Shown piece by piece: positions 19,373 to 29,059 of a stretch of DNA of 64,000 bases (position 1 is the stretch's first letter; every line of letters begins with the position of its first letter). The translations under genes were made by a program, and so were the position numbers. The stretch covers positions 3,872,001 through 3,936,000 of the forward strand of contig OZ242180.1 of assembly GCA_965205485.1 (NCBI GenBank). The letters run 5' to 3'. The notes below the pieces were generated by a model, which saw only the letters and a list, made by a program, of their open reading frames with translations, made no database searches and was not told the DNA's origin. Origin of the DNA: Candidatus Latescibacterota bacterium (lineage in GTDB: Bacteria > Latescibacterota > UBA2968 > GCA-2709665).

Positions 19373-21628
19373 ATGGCTGAATTGGAAACCATCATGAATG
19401 CGTTCAAGGAGACCCTGCCGGCATCCGTGTCGGAGGCACTGGGTAGAGAAGGCCTGGACGATGATCCCGCGCTTCTGCAGGTCGCGACGGATCTGCTGCC
19501 GAACCGGCGGTTCGGCCGGCAGTGGGTGGTCGTTACACAGAAGCGGTTGATCGTCGTTCGCCACGATGGTGAAAGCAATATCGTGGTGGTGCCAATGGAT
19601 GAGATGGCGGGTGTGCGGACGGAAGAGGCGGTTGGCGGGGGCTGCCTGGCGGTGGACCGGCAAGGAGAAGGGCCGCTTCTGGTACCCTATACACAATCTC
19701 TGATACCCAAATTCGCGGAGGTGGCTGAAGGCATCCGGCAGTTGTCGGAGGGCGGGGATCTGTCTTTGCCGGAGGAAGTCGAGCGGGCACGCTGTGACGC
19801 GTGCGGCCGGTTGCTGCCTGAAAAGAACGGAATCTGTGCGGCGTGTATCAGGAAATGGCATACGTTGCGCAGGCTTCTGCGATATCTCACCGCGCAGCCG
19901 TGGCGGCTGGCATCAGTCGTAATGCTGACCCTTGTCTCGACCGCTCTGGAACTGCTGCCGCCCAGGATTACGCAGCATATCATCGACGACGTGCTTGCCC
20001 CGCGCACCAATATCGATCTGCTGGTCTGGCTCGTGTTCGGTCTTCTGGGTGTGCGATTGCTGTTCTGCGCGGCTGCGGTGACGATGGAATGGCTTTCCCT
20101 GCGTCTGGGACATCGGGGCGTGCAGGACATACGGTCGGACCTCTACCGGAAGTTGCAGTTCCTTCCGCTGCGGTTTTACGATCGCCGAACCGCGGGCAGC
20201 CTCATCTCGAGGATGTCGAACGACTCTGACAGGCTGGAGGGGTTTCTGGCGTCAGACCTGCCGCTGGTCGTATCGAAAGTACTGCTCTTCGTAGGAATTC
20301 TGGGCATGTTGCTGGAGACAAACTGGAGGCTTGCGCTCCTTGTACTGTTGCCCATTCCACCGATTGTGCTGGGCGGAAGTCGCATCTGGAAGCGGGTGAT
20401 GCGCCACTGGATCCGCTGGGGCGCGAGATGGTCGCGTCTTTCGTCGCACCTGAGCGAATCAATCGGCGGCATCCGGGTCGTAAAGGCATTCGCACAGGAA
20501 TCCCGCGAAAGCGAAAGATTTGACAGACGTAACGAGGATCTGCGCGAGGTGACCGTCGCCGGCGAGCGGACCTGGTTTGTGTTCTTTTCGGTGACGAATT
20601 TCCTGATGAGCTGGGGCGTGTTTCTGGTCTGGTATTTCGGAGGCCGTCAGATTCTCGGCGGGGAAATGACGCTGGGCGCCCTGGTCGCCTTCATCAGCTA
20701 TCTGTGGATGTTGTACGAACCACTGCGGTGGTTTGGCGAACTCTACAATGTCCTGCTGCGGGCGTTCGCCGGCGCGGAACGCATTTTCGAGGTCACGGAT
20801 TCAAGACCGGAAACCTGCGACGGTACGGATGCGGTTCCACTGCCGCGGATGGAAGGGCGGGTAGTGTTCCGGGACGTGTTCTTCGGGTACGACCGCGGAA
20901 AGCCCGTTCTGAAGGGGATAGATCTTGTCGTGAATCCGGGAGAAATGGTCGGGCTCGTGGGGAAGTCCGGCGCCGGAAAATCCACGCTGATCAACCTGAT
21001 CTGCCGATTCTACGATCCGGACAGGGGACGCATTGAAATCGACGGCACGGACATGCGGGACGTACGCCTGGAAGATCTGAGGTCCCGGATCGGTATGGTT
21101 CAGCAGGAGCCCTTCCTCTTCGACGGGACGATTGCCGAGAATATCGCGTACGGCAAGCCGAATGCGACGTTCGGTGAAGTCATTCGGGCGGCCGCCGCAG
21201 CGGAGGCCCACGAATTCATCGTACAAAAGCCGGACGGATACGATATGAAGGTGGGAGAAGAGGGCGGGAATCTGTCGGGCGGCGAAAAGCAGCGTATATC
21301 AATCGCGCGCGCGATTCTGCACGATCCCCGGATTCTGATTCTGGATGAGGCGACGTCGTCGCTGGACACGCGGACGGAGTGGAAGATCCAGAAGGCGATC
21401 TCGCATCTTGTTAGGGGACGCACGACCTTTGCGATTGCGCACAGGCTTTCCACGCTGCGCAGCGCCGACAGGCTGGTCGTGCTGGATGACGGCAAGGTGG
21501 CCGAAGTAGGCACCCACCATGAATTGATGTCGCGTAAGGGTATTTTCTACCGCCTCGTGAAGAGCCAGCAGGAGACATCGGCGGTGATGGCCGTCGGGGG
21601 CGGCAAGGACGCGGCAGGTAGGGCTTGA
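19373..21628 (+). CDS. Paralogous ABC exporter (TMD+NBD) with the same N-terminal Zn-ribbon extension
   Basis: GKSGAGKS, LSGGEKQR, ILILDEATS and AHRL motifs; RCDACGRLLPEKNGICAAC. Confidence 0.95.
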   Translation: MAELETIMNAFKETLPASVSEALGREGLDDDPALLQVATDLLPNRRFGRQWVVVTQKRLIVVRHDGESNIVVVPMDEMAGVRTEEAVGGGCLAVDRQGEGPLLVPYTQSLIPKFAEVAEGIRQLSEGGDLSLPEEVERARCDACGRLLPEKNGICAACIRKWHTLRRLLRYLTAQPWRLASVVMLTLVSTALELLPPRITQHIIDDVLAPRTNIDLLVWLVFGLLGVRLLFCAAAVTMEWLSLRLGHRGVQDIRSDLYRKLQFLPLRFYDRRTAGSLISRMSNDSDRLEGFLASDLPLVVSKVLLFVGILGMLLETNWRLALLVLLPIPPIVLGGSRIWKRVMRHWIRWGARWSRLSSHLSESIGGIRVVKAFAQESRESERFDRRNEDLREVTVAGERTWFVFFSVTNFLMSWGVFLVWYFGGRQILGGEMTLGALVAFISYLWMLYEPLRWFGELYNVLLRAFAGAERIFEVTDSRPETCDGTDAVPLPRMEGRVVFRDVFFGYDRGKPVLKGIDLVVNPGEMVGLVGKSGAGKSTLINLICRFYDPDRGRIEIDGTDMRDVRLEDLRSRIGMVQQEPFLFDGTIAENIAYGKPNATFGEVIRAAAAAEAHEFIVQKPDGYDMKVGEEGGNLSGGEKQRISIARAILHDPRILILDEATSSLDTRTEWKIQKAISHLVRGRTTFAIAHRLSTLRSADRLVVLDDGKVAEVGTHHELMSRKGIFYRLVKSQQETSAVMAVGGGKDAAGRA

Positions 21629-21643
21629 GGACCCGCGAAACCG

Positions 21644-22180
21644 ATGGATACGGATTATAGAGACGGATGGAAGCCCACGCCGATCGACGTGACCCATCCG
21701 CAGAATGTGGATACCGGCAGGATCGGGCTCTTCCGGGAGCCGGCCTGGCACCTGCGCATGACCATCGAAGGCGATCGCTCGTACCTGAGGGTGAAGATCG
21801 TCCGCGCCGTCCCCCTATCGGATCCGGACCGGTACATCTGCTTCCTCGACGCGAACGACGAGGTGATATGCATGGTGGATGATGTAACCACGCTTTCCGT
21901 GGAGAGTCAGGCCATCATCCGGGAGGAACTCGACCTGCGGTATATGACCTCGCGAATCGAACGGGTCCACTCGATTCGCAGTGAATACGGCGTCTCGTAC
22001 TGGGAGGTTACAACGGACCGGGGCCCGCGTGAATTTGTCGTAAAGAACGTGGGTGAAGACGCCCGGTGGCTGGAGGAAAAGCGCGTGTTGATTCTGGACG
22101 TGGACGGCAACAGGTTCGAGGTGGCGGACCTCGGCGCGCTGGACAAGAGGAGTCGAGGGCTCGTTGAGATGGTCCTGTAA
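21644..22180 (+). CDS. DUF1854 family protein
   Basis: VRAVPLSDPDRYI, EEL.LRY, W.V.TDRGPR.F and I.DVDGNRF...D...LD..S motifs. Confidence 0.85.
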   Translation: MDTDYRDGWKPTPIDVTHPQNVDTGRIGLFREPAWHLRMTIEGDRSYLRVKIVRAVPLSDPDRYICFLDANDEVICMVDDVTTLSVESQAIIREELDLRYMTSRIERVHSIRSEYGVSYWEVTTDRGPREFVVKNVGEDARWLEEKRVLILDVDGNRFEVADLGALDKRSRGLVEMVL

Positions 22181-22292
22181 CGAAACCGGTTCAGCCGCAT
22201 CGCTCGCGGGCGCTGGAAGACAGTCTTGTCATCGACGTCTTCGCGCCACTGCGGCCGGGATTTGTGGCAGAAGCGAAAAGGGCGACGTCGGA

Positions 22293-23279
22293 CTAAACCT
22301 CCCACATCCGTTTGTATTTGGCTTCGTCTTCCAGCGTGATGGAATGGTCGTAAACCTGTTGCAGCAAACCCAGCGCTTCAAGGGCGTGGTCGGCGCCGCA
22401 TGCCGGCTGTCTGTCATTACGAATCGACTCGATGAATTCGGTATTCTGGACCAGGACGTCGTCGTCCAGGGTATCTTCACTCTGGAAGAGGGTCTTGCCG
22501 TTCAGCGAGACCTGGTTGCCCGAAACGACGAGCGTGCCCGCGTCGCACAGGTAGATATTGTTGCTGACGCCCGTTCGGGCATTGTAGGAAAGGCTGAGCG
22601 CCGCGATGGTCTCCGTGGTATAACGGAGCAGCATGCTGACGTCGAGCGAAGTGCCGGTTCCGGCGTCGAGCGGGCTGAGTTCACCGCGAATCCGGCGAAC
22701 GGGTCTGTCGATGGTCCAGAGAGAGTAGTCGAGTACATGACAACCGTGGTGGAACAGGACATCGTCCGTCCAGCTCCGCCTGTAACCTGTCCAACCCACG
22801 TTGTCGCGGCGTAACTGAAATTCGTGTGTATGGTGCTGGTACACCTGGCCTGCGTTGCCGTTTGCGATAAAATCCCTCACAAAACGTCCCGTGCGATTGA
22901 AGCGGCGGGTATGGGCGACCAGCAGCTTGTTTCCGGACTTCCTCGCGAGGCCGGCGATCTCGGCGGCGCCTTTGTGTGACAGCGCCACGGGGATTTCAAC
23001 CAGGACGTTTTTGCCGGCCTCCAGCGCCAGACGGGTCTGTTCGTAATGCGCCTCGCTGGGCGAGGCGATGACGACCGCGTCGATATCGGGGTCGGCCAGG
23101 ACTTCCTCGTAGCTGGTTGTGGCGTTCTCAAAGCCCCACGCTTCCCGGAATGACTCGGCGGGCTCTGCTCTTCGCCCGATGACGGTTCGAAGTCGAACCC
23201 CGGGAATTCGGAGAAGTGCCCGTGTGTGGAAGAGCGCGATGCCGCCGTACCCCACGATGGCGCAGCTGATGGTGTGCAT
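22293..23279 (-). CDS. Gfo/Idh/MocA family oxidoreductase
   Basis: AIVGYGGIA, GKNVLVEIP and DDVLFHHGCH motifs. Confidence 0.92.
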   Translation of the reverse strand: MHTISCAIVGYGGIALFHTRALLRIPGVRLRTVIGRRAEPAESFREAWGFENATTSYEEVLADPDIDAVVIASPSEAHYEQTRLALEAGKNVLVEIPVALSHKGAAEIAGLARKSGNKLLVAHTRRFNRTGRFVRDFIANGNAGQVYQHHTHEFQLRRDNVGWTGYRRSWTDDVLFHHGCHVLDYSLWTIDRPVRRIRGELSPLDAGTGTSLDVSMLLRYTTETIAALSLSYNARTGVSNNIYLCDAGTLVVSGNQVSLNGKTLFQSEDTLDDDVLVQNTEFIESIRNDRQPACGADHALEALGLLQQVYDHSITLEDEAKYKRMWEV

Positions 23280-23382
23280 GGAGACTCCCTTTAAAACAGC
23301 ACATTGAATTCGGTATTTTCAGAGAACCACGCCAGGTGGGCGACCTGCCGGCTTGAGTCACGCAGCTTGACTCGGGGACAGA

Positions 23383-24921
23383 TTACCGGTCCGCTTTCCG
23401 GATATCTCCCAATCTCTCGTGCAGGGTTTGAAGCGCGGGGTAGATTCCGCGGTAGACGGTCTGAAATCCGGTCTCGTAGATCTCAACCTGTTCGGCATTC
23501 GGCTCCATCGTCCAGCTCTCGTAGGTCAATTCGTTCAGCGCGGAGTCGATGTCTTCGTAAACGCCCGCGCCAAGGCCGCCCAGTACCGCGGCGCCGAGGG
23601 CGACGGATTCCTCCACCTCTGCAATCGAGATACTCTGGTTGAATACCGAGCTCTTGATCTGCATCAGAAGCCGGTTTCGGGTGTTCCCGCCGATGGCGAC
23701 GATTCGTTTCGGTCTGTCGATTTCGGGGTGCGACACGATGGCTTCGAGGCAGAGACGGCACTCGTAGGCCAAACCCTCCAGCACGGACCGAAACAGGGTC
23801 CCGCGGGTGACGTCGGCATTGAGACCGATAAACGCGGCCCTCGATTCCGGGTCGTTGTTCGGAGGATTGCCAAGCCGCAGGTGAGGCTGGAAGTGGACGC
23901 CCAGGCTTCCGGGAGGGGCTGTTTCCGCTTCGGAGACAAGGGCGCCGTATTCGACGTTACCTGCGAGAAGGTTTCGGGTCCATTCAACGCACGCCCCGGA
24001 TGTGTAGATGCTGCCCAGAATATAGTACCGATCCCTGGCGACGTGGGCGCCCGTGGTATACCCCTGTCGCGCGAACGCATCGCTGAGCCACGCGCGACGG
24101 TCCGCTATACAGACGGCTTCCGCTGTGCCGAGGGAATTCAACAACGTACCCGGTTCGGTGGCGCCTACGGCAAGCGCCCCGCATATGTGATCGTGTCCGC
24201 CGGTTGTCACCTGCACGCGGGACGGAAGGCCGGCCGCCCGCGCAACGTCGGGCAGGATTCGGCCAAGCAGCGTGCCGGAGGGCAACGCCTCCGCAAAGAG
24301 CCCGGGTGATACCCCCGTTTCATCCAGCAGGCCGGAATGCCAGGCCCGACGGTGAAGGTCAAAGACGAGCATGCGTGAAGCGAGAGAATAGTCCGTCGCC
24401 TTCTCGCCGCACAGGCGGAACGCGATATAGTCTGCGACGTTCAGCCACGAGACCGTTCTCGCGTAAGCTTCCGGCTTGTTTTCTTTCAGCCAGAGGACCT
24501 TGCAAAGACCGAAAATGGGCTTCAGCGACAGCCCGGTAATCGCGTAGATCCGCTCTTCGCCGACGGTCTTGTTCAGCCACGCGGCCTGGCTTGACGTCCT
24601 CCCGTCGAACCAGGCGATGATGCCGGCGGTGGGGCGGTCTTCCGCGTCAAGAGGGACGCCCGACTCGGCCATACTTGAAACGGCGATGCTTGAAACCGTG
24701 TCTGCCGCGTTCAGTTGCGAAACCGCGTCCCGCAACACGGTCAGCGTGCATCTCCACAATTCATCCGGTGTATGATACGCCCAACCGGGTCGGGGGTAGC
24801 GGGTTGGCGTCGGCACGCTTGAGGCGGCCTGAACGCGGCCGGCGGTATCGAACACAAGCGCCTTGATATTCGTGGTGCCGACGTCGATTCCGGCTAATAA
24901 GGGAGGTTGGGACATGACCAT
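23383..24921 (-). CDS. FGGY family carbohydrate kinase (xylulokinase-like)
   Basis: GIDVGTTNIKA, TD.SLASR, GGHDH and RSVLEGLA motifs. Confidence 0.93.
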   Translation of the reverse strand: MVMSQPPLLAGIDVGTTNIKALVFDTAGRVQAASSVPTPTRYPRPGWAYHTPDELWRCTLTVLRDAVSQLNAADTVSSIAVSSMAESGVPLDAEDRPTAGIIAWFDGRTSSQAAWLNKTVGEERIYAITGLSLKPIFGLCKVLWLKENKPEAYARTVSWLNVADYIAFRLCGEKATDYSLASRMLVFDLHRRAWHSGLLDETGVSPGLFAEALPSGTLLGRILPDVARAAGLPSRVQVTTGGHDHICGALAVGATEPGTLLNSLGTAEAVCIADRRAWLSDAFARQGYTTGAHVARDRYYILGSIYTSGACVEWTRNLLAGNVEYGALVSEAETAPPGSLGVHFQPHLRLGNPPNNDPESRAAFIGLNADVTRGTLFRSVLEGLAYECRLCLEAIVSHPEIDRPKRIVAIGGNTRNRLLMQIKSSVFNQSISIAEVEESVALGAAVLGGLGAGVYEDIDSALNELTYESWTMEPNAEQVEIYETGFQTVYRGIYPALQTLHERLGDIRKADR

Positions 24922-25169
24922 GAGTTGCGCGGCGGTGGACCGTTGGTCTTTATATCACCGGTCGGCGGAGTCTGGGCCGCCATGACTGCGGCCTGGAAAT
25001 TCACGTTGACAGACGGCCCAATGGTACCTACTAATACACGAAAGTCAAGTCGAATCAATAACATCGGGGTGCTCTGGCGCGACAGAAGCCGTTTCGTCCG
25101 CAGGTCTGGCGGACGGTCCGGCGTCTGCGGGTGACCGGTCAAAGCGATTCATCAGGATTGAGGAAAGCA

Positions 25170-26249
25170 ATGCCCGAACTGCCGAGGATGTTTCCGGTCT
25201 GGGTCGATGCGAAGAATACGCGGGTTTACGGGATGGATGACGACGAATTCGGCGCACTCTGGTTTACCGGCAGTCTGCCGGCGCTCCACAGATACCAGCC
25301 GGATTCGGGAGAGATCGACACGATTCCGATCCCCGAAAAGCACGGGGGAAGTCAGTGTCTCTGCGCCGGGGGGAAGGTCTACGTGCTGCCGCAGACGAAC
25401 GAGAAGCTTACGGTTTTCGACGTCGCGGCGGAACGCGTGGACCAGATCGACAAACCGTTTCGGGAGGCAAACCTCTGGTATGGTCACGCGGACAAGGCGC
25501 GCAACGTGCTATATTTGCCTGAGCGGTCGAGGCCGTGTCTGGTCATTTGGGACGTTGAGACGGAACGGGGGGAGGTGCATGAATATCCGGAACCCGGTTC
25601 GCTGCCGGACATCGGGGAGGTAGAATGGCCCCGGCGGCTGGAGACATTCGCGGTTCCTGGAAACGCCTGCTTACAGCGCCGCGTGTACTACGATCCCGAT
25701 GCTCGTGAATTCCTGGCTGCAGACTCGCATCGGATCCCGCCGTCGCGCCCGGGATCGCGTGCTGAGCGGTTTGTCGTGAGTTACGGGGAGGGTCGGCTCT
25801 TCCGGCTGGACCGCCGTACGGGAGAGACGTATGAACGGGATGTGCCGGGATGGAAGGAGGACTTCGGATTCATAGGCGGCGGCGTGTTTTACCGCGGGTG
25901 GCAATTGAACAACCTGAGCACGTACGATTCGGGATTCCGGTACGACGAGAAGACAGGCGATTATATCCAGGTCAAAGCGGATCCGCACATCGGGGTGGAC
26001 GGACTGCCCTATCACTTTATGGACCGCTTTATCGCCTATCACCCGGAGAGTGATACGTTCGATCTGCTGGTTCCCGACGTGCCTCAGTCGCGATACCCCC
26101 AGCTGTGTTATAACAAAGTGGCGGACGGGCACCTGTACATTACGGCAAACGACATCTGGTCGAAGGAGAAACAGCGTCCGCTGGGGTCTGTTGAAAGCCC
26201 CGTGGGCCAGCTGATGGTCCTGCAGACACGCCGCATCGAAGACCGTTGA
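25170..26249 (+). CDS. Hypothetical protein, probable beta-propeller
   Basis: Repeated LWF/VYV/LY.L strands with YDP/FDV turns. No signal peptide. Confidence 0.65.
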   Translation: MPELPRMFPVWVDAKNTRVYGMDDDEFGALWFTGSLPALHRYQPDSGEIDTIPIPEKHGGSQCLCAGGKVYVLPQTNEKLTVFDVAAERVDQIDKPFREANLWYGHADKARNVLYLPERSRPCLVIWDVETERGEVHEYPEPGSLPDIGEVEWPRRLETFAVPGNACLQRRVYYDPDAREFLAADSHRIPPSRPGSRAERFVVSYGEGRLFRLDRRTGETYERDVPGWKEDFGFIGGGVFYRGWQLNNLSTYDSGFRYDEKTGDYIQVKADPHIGVDGLPYHFMDRFIAYHPESDTFDLLVPDVPQSRYPQLCYNKVADGHLYITANDIWSKEKQRPLGSVESPVGQLMVLQTRRIEDR

Positions 26250-26355
26250 CAGGAAGACGCCACCGATGGGTTCCGGTCCGCTGCAATGTGGTCTTCGGTG
26301 GACGCGGTCACCCGCTCCCATGAAGGCTGATGGAATCTGACGAGAGGAGGCAACG

Positions 26356-27258
26356 ATGGAAAAGGTAGGGTTTATCGGTCTGGGTATTATGGGCAAACCA
26401 ATGGCGATCAACTTGATCAGGGCGGGGTACGACTTGACGTTCTACGCGCGTCGTCCTCAGATCATTGCGGAGATGGAGGGGTTGGGCGCGAGGGCGGTTG
26501 AATCTCCCGCCGCGGTCGCGGAACACACCGATATCATCATTACAATCGTAACGGCGGACCCGGAGGTGCGGGAAGTGGTTCTCGGCGACAGTGGCGTCCT
26601 GAAGGGCGCATCCGAGGGAAAGCTGATCGTGGACATGAGCACGATCTCGCCGCTCACGATCCGGGAGATCGCGGATAAAGCGGAAGCGAAGGGTGTGGCG
26701 GTGATGGATGCGCCGGTGAGCGGGGGCGATACGGGGGCGATCAACGGGACGTTGACGATCATCGCCGGCGGCGAGGCGGACGACTTTGAGAGGTGCCGCG
26801 GATTGTTTAACGCGATGGGAAGCGAGGAAAATATCTTCCACGTCGGGTCCGTTGGCGTCGGGCAGACTGTGAAAATCGTCAATCAGCTGATCGGCGGAAT
26901 CAACATGGCCGCAATCGCGGAGGGCCTGATCCTGGGTATCCGAGCGGGCGCCGACCCGGAAGTGATGCGCCAGGTCATCAGCGTGAGTTCTGCCAACTCG
27001 ACGTTGTTTCAGATCCGCGCATCGGATTTCCTGCTGGCGGGCTCGTTTGCACCCGGATTCATGCTGGATCTGATGAAGAAGGACCTGGGGATCGGCGTGG
27101 ATCTCGGCAAGGCGCTGAACCTGCCGATGCCGATCGGCGCGGCGACATACCAGATGTACTCCGCGGCGAGCGGTCTTGGTGCGGGAGAATTGGATTTTTC
27201 GGCGGTATGCAAAGCGGCCGAACATTTGAGCGGGACCCGGATTTCCCAGGACCGATGA
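26356..27258 (+). CDS. Beta-hydroxyacid dehydrogenase (3-hydroxyisobutyrate/tartronate semialdehyde reductase family)
   Basis: GFIGLGIMGKPMA.NL, DAPVSGG, KIVNQ and F.LDLM.KDL motifs. Confidence 0.95.
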   Translation: MEKVGFIGLGIMGKPMAINLIRAGYDLTFYARRPQIIAEMEGLGARAVESPAAVAEHTDIIITIVTADPEVREVVLGDSGVLKGASEGKLIVDMSTISPLTIREIADKAEAKGVAVMDAPVSGGDTGAINGTLTIIAGGEADDFERCRGLFNAMGSEENIFHVGSVGVGQTVKIVNQLIGGINMAAIAEGLILGIRAGADPEVMRQVISVSSANSTLFQIRASDFLLAGSFAPGFMLDLMKKDLGIGVDLGKALNLPMPIGAATYQMYSAASGLGAGELDFSAVCKAAEHLSGTRISQDR

Positions 27259-27264
27259 ATCCGG

Positions 27265-28806
27265 TCACACCGTGCCGTATTTCGTCCGGAACCGTTCTCT
27301 CAATACGGCTTTCTGCACCTTCCCGGTTGCGGATGTCACGGGGAGTTCCGGGATGATCTCCACCCATCTGGGTTTCTTGAATCCCGCCAGACGGGCGCGC
27401 ACGTAGTCGGAGACCTCGTCGGGCGTGAGGTCTGCGCTGTCACTCGCCACGACCGCGGCCAGCACGGACTCACCCCATTCTCTGTCTGGGATGCCGACCA
27501 CGGCAGCGTCGCGGATCTTCGGATTTTCCTTCAGCAGGCGTTCGATCTCCAGGGGATAGATGTTTTCCCCGCCGCTGATGATCATATCCTTTGCCCGGCC
27601 GGACAGGTAGAGATAACCGTCGTCGTCCATTCTGCCCAGATCTCCGGTATACAGCCAGCCCCCCTTCAGCGCTTCCCCGGTTTTCTCGGGCAACTTCCAG
27701 TATTCGAGCATCACGGAGGCGGTTTTTGCGACCACTTCGCCCACCTCGCCGGGAGCAACCGGATTCCCGGTCGAATCGACAACGTCGAGTCCGACCGAGG
27801 CCATGGGTCGTCCCACCGAGCCGAGTTTTCCGAGGTCGCCTGACGTCAGACGGCACACGGTCAGGATGCAGCCGGCCTCGGTGAGCCCGTACGTGACGTA
27901 GACGTCGGACTCGAACGTCGCCAGGATGTCCTCGAGCAGCGCCGCGGGAAACGTATCCGACGAACCCAGGCAACGCTGTACCGAAGCAACGTCATGGTTG
28001 CTCAGCCGCTGGTGCGCGAGAATCCAGCGCCAGACCGTCGGCACGCAGAAGACGTTGGTTGCCCGGTGCTGCGCAACGGCCGACAGGATGTCACCCGGGT
28101 CCGCGCCGTCCAGAATGACGAGCGTGGCGCCCGTCAGGAAATGAGGAAGCACCAGACAATCCGGGCCACCCGTGTGGAAGAGCGGGTAGACGACCAGGCC
28201 AACGTCGCAAGCGTGCCCGCCGGTCGCCAGGGCAAGGGAGAGGGCTTGAAGGTAATGGCTCTTGTGCGAGAAAACCGCGCCTTTGGGAAACCCCGTCGTG
28301 CCGCTCGTGTACAGGATGATGTGCGGATCGTTCTCGTCGAGCTCGACTGCCGGTTCGACCGACGGCGATCTGGCTGCCAGGTCTTCCAGCCGGTTGCCGC
28401 GAGTGCCGCCGATGGTGAGCATCCACTCGAGTCCGGCCCCTACGTCAAGGCCGCCGACCTCGTCCACGAACCGGTCTTGAAGGATCAGGCCGCGGGCGCC
28501 GGACTGCTGCAGCGTGTAGTGGATCTCCCTTCTGCGGTACCAGTAATTCACCGGGACCATAATGGCGCCTGTTTTGGCCAGCGCAAAATAGACGGCAACG
28601 TAGACGTCTGAATTCCGGCTCAAGACGCCGATTCGGTCGCCTCTACGGACGCCCAGGTCCAGAAGGCCGTTGGCAATGCGATTGCATTGCGCATTCAGTT
28701 CGCCGTACGTCAGCGAGCGGTTGCCGAAAATGACGGCCGGTTTGCGCTTCAGACCCGTGTCGCCTGCGTTGCGTTGGAGTATGCTCCCCAGTAACATCCT
28801 GTCCAT
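27265..28806 (-). CDS. AMP-dependent acyl-CoA synthetase
   Basis: LYTSGTTGFPKG, YGLTE, WLYTGDLG, GRAKDMIISGGENIYP and GKVQK motifs. Confidence 0.95.
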   Translation of the reverse strand: MDRMLLGSILQRNAGDTGLKRKPAVIFGNRSLTYGELNAQCNRIANGLLDLGVRRGDRIGVLSRNSDVYVAVYFALAKTGAIMVPVNYWYRRREIHYTLQQSGARGLILQDRFVDEVGGLDVGAGLEWMLTIGGTRGNRLEDLAARSPSVEPAVELDENDPHIILYTSGTTGFPKGAVFSHKSHYLQALSLALATGGHACDVGLVVYPLFHTGGPDCLVLPHFLTGATLVILDGADPGDILSAVAQHRATNVFCVPTVWRWILAHQRLSNHDVASVQRCLGSSDTFPAALLEDILATFESDVYVTYGLTEAGCILTVCRLTSGDLGKLGSVGRPMASVGLDVVDSTGNPVAPGEVGEVVAKTASVMLEYWKLPEKTGEALKGGWLYTGDLGRMDDDGYLYLSGRAKDMIISGGENIYPLEIERLLKENPKIRDAAVVGIPDREWGESVLAAVVASDSADLTPDEVSDYVRARLAGFKKPRWVEIIPELPVTSATGKVQKAVLRERFRTKYGTV

Positions 28807-28826
28807 CGTTACTCCGTCCCCGGAAA

Positions 28827-28865
28827 ACCGCAGGGGCGCGTTAACTCCGTACGCGCCCCTGCGGT
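28827..28865. repeat. Perfect 15-bp inverted repeat (REP-like hairpin)
   Basis: ACCGCAGGGGCGCGT-taactccgt-ACGCGCCCCTGCGGT. Confidence 0.8.
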
Positions 28866-28886
28866 GTTTACTCGAACATGCAATGT

Positions 28887-29055
28887 CAAGTGTCCTGTCC
28901 CAAAAATTCCTCACCATTCAGCCGGCGATTCATCCCGTCTCGCTACGTTCACCTCGCTCGCCGACCATACACAGGTCGCCTGCGCTCGGTCGCCTTGCGA
29001 GCCGGGCGACTCGGCGGTCGAATTTAGGCAACTTATTTCCGGGACAGAACACTAG
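28887..29055. mobile_element. Putative MITE (~169 bp, imperfect terminal inverted repeats)
   Basis: Left end CAAGTGTCCTGTCCCAAAAAT; right end reverse complement CTAGTGTTCTGTCCCGGAAAT. Internal nested palindromes, no transposase. Confidence 0.7.
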
Positions 29056-29059
29056 GGTG

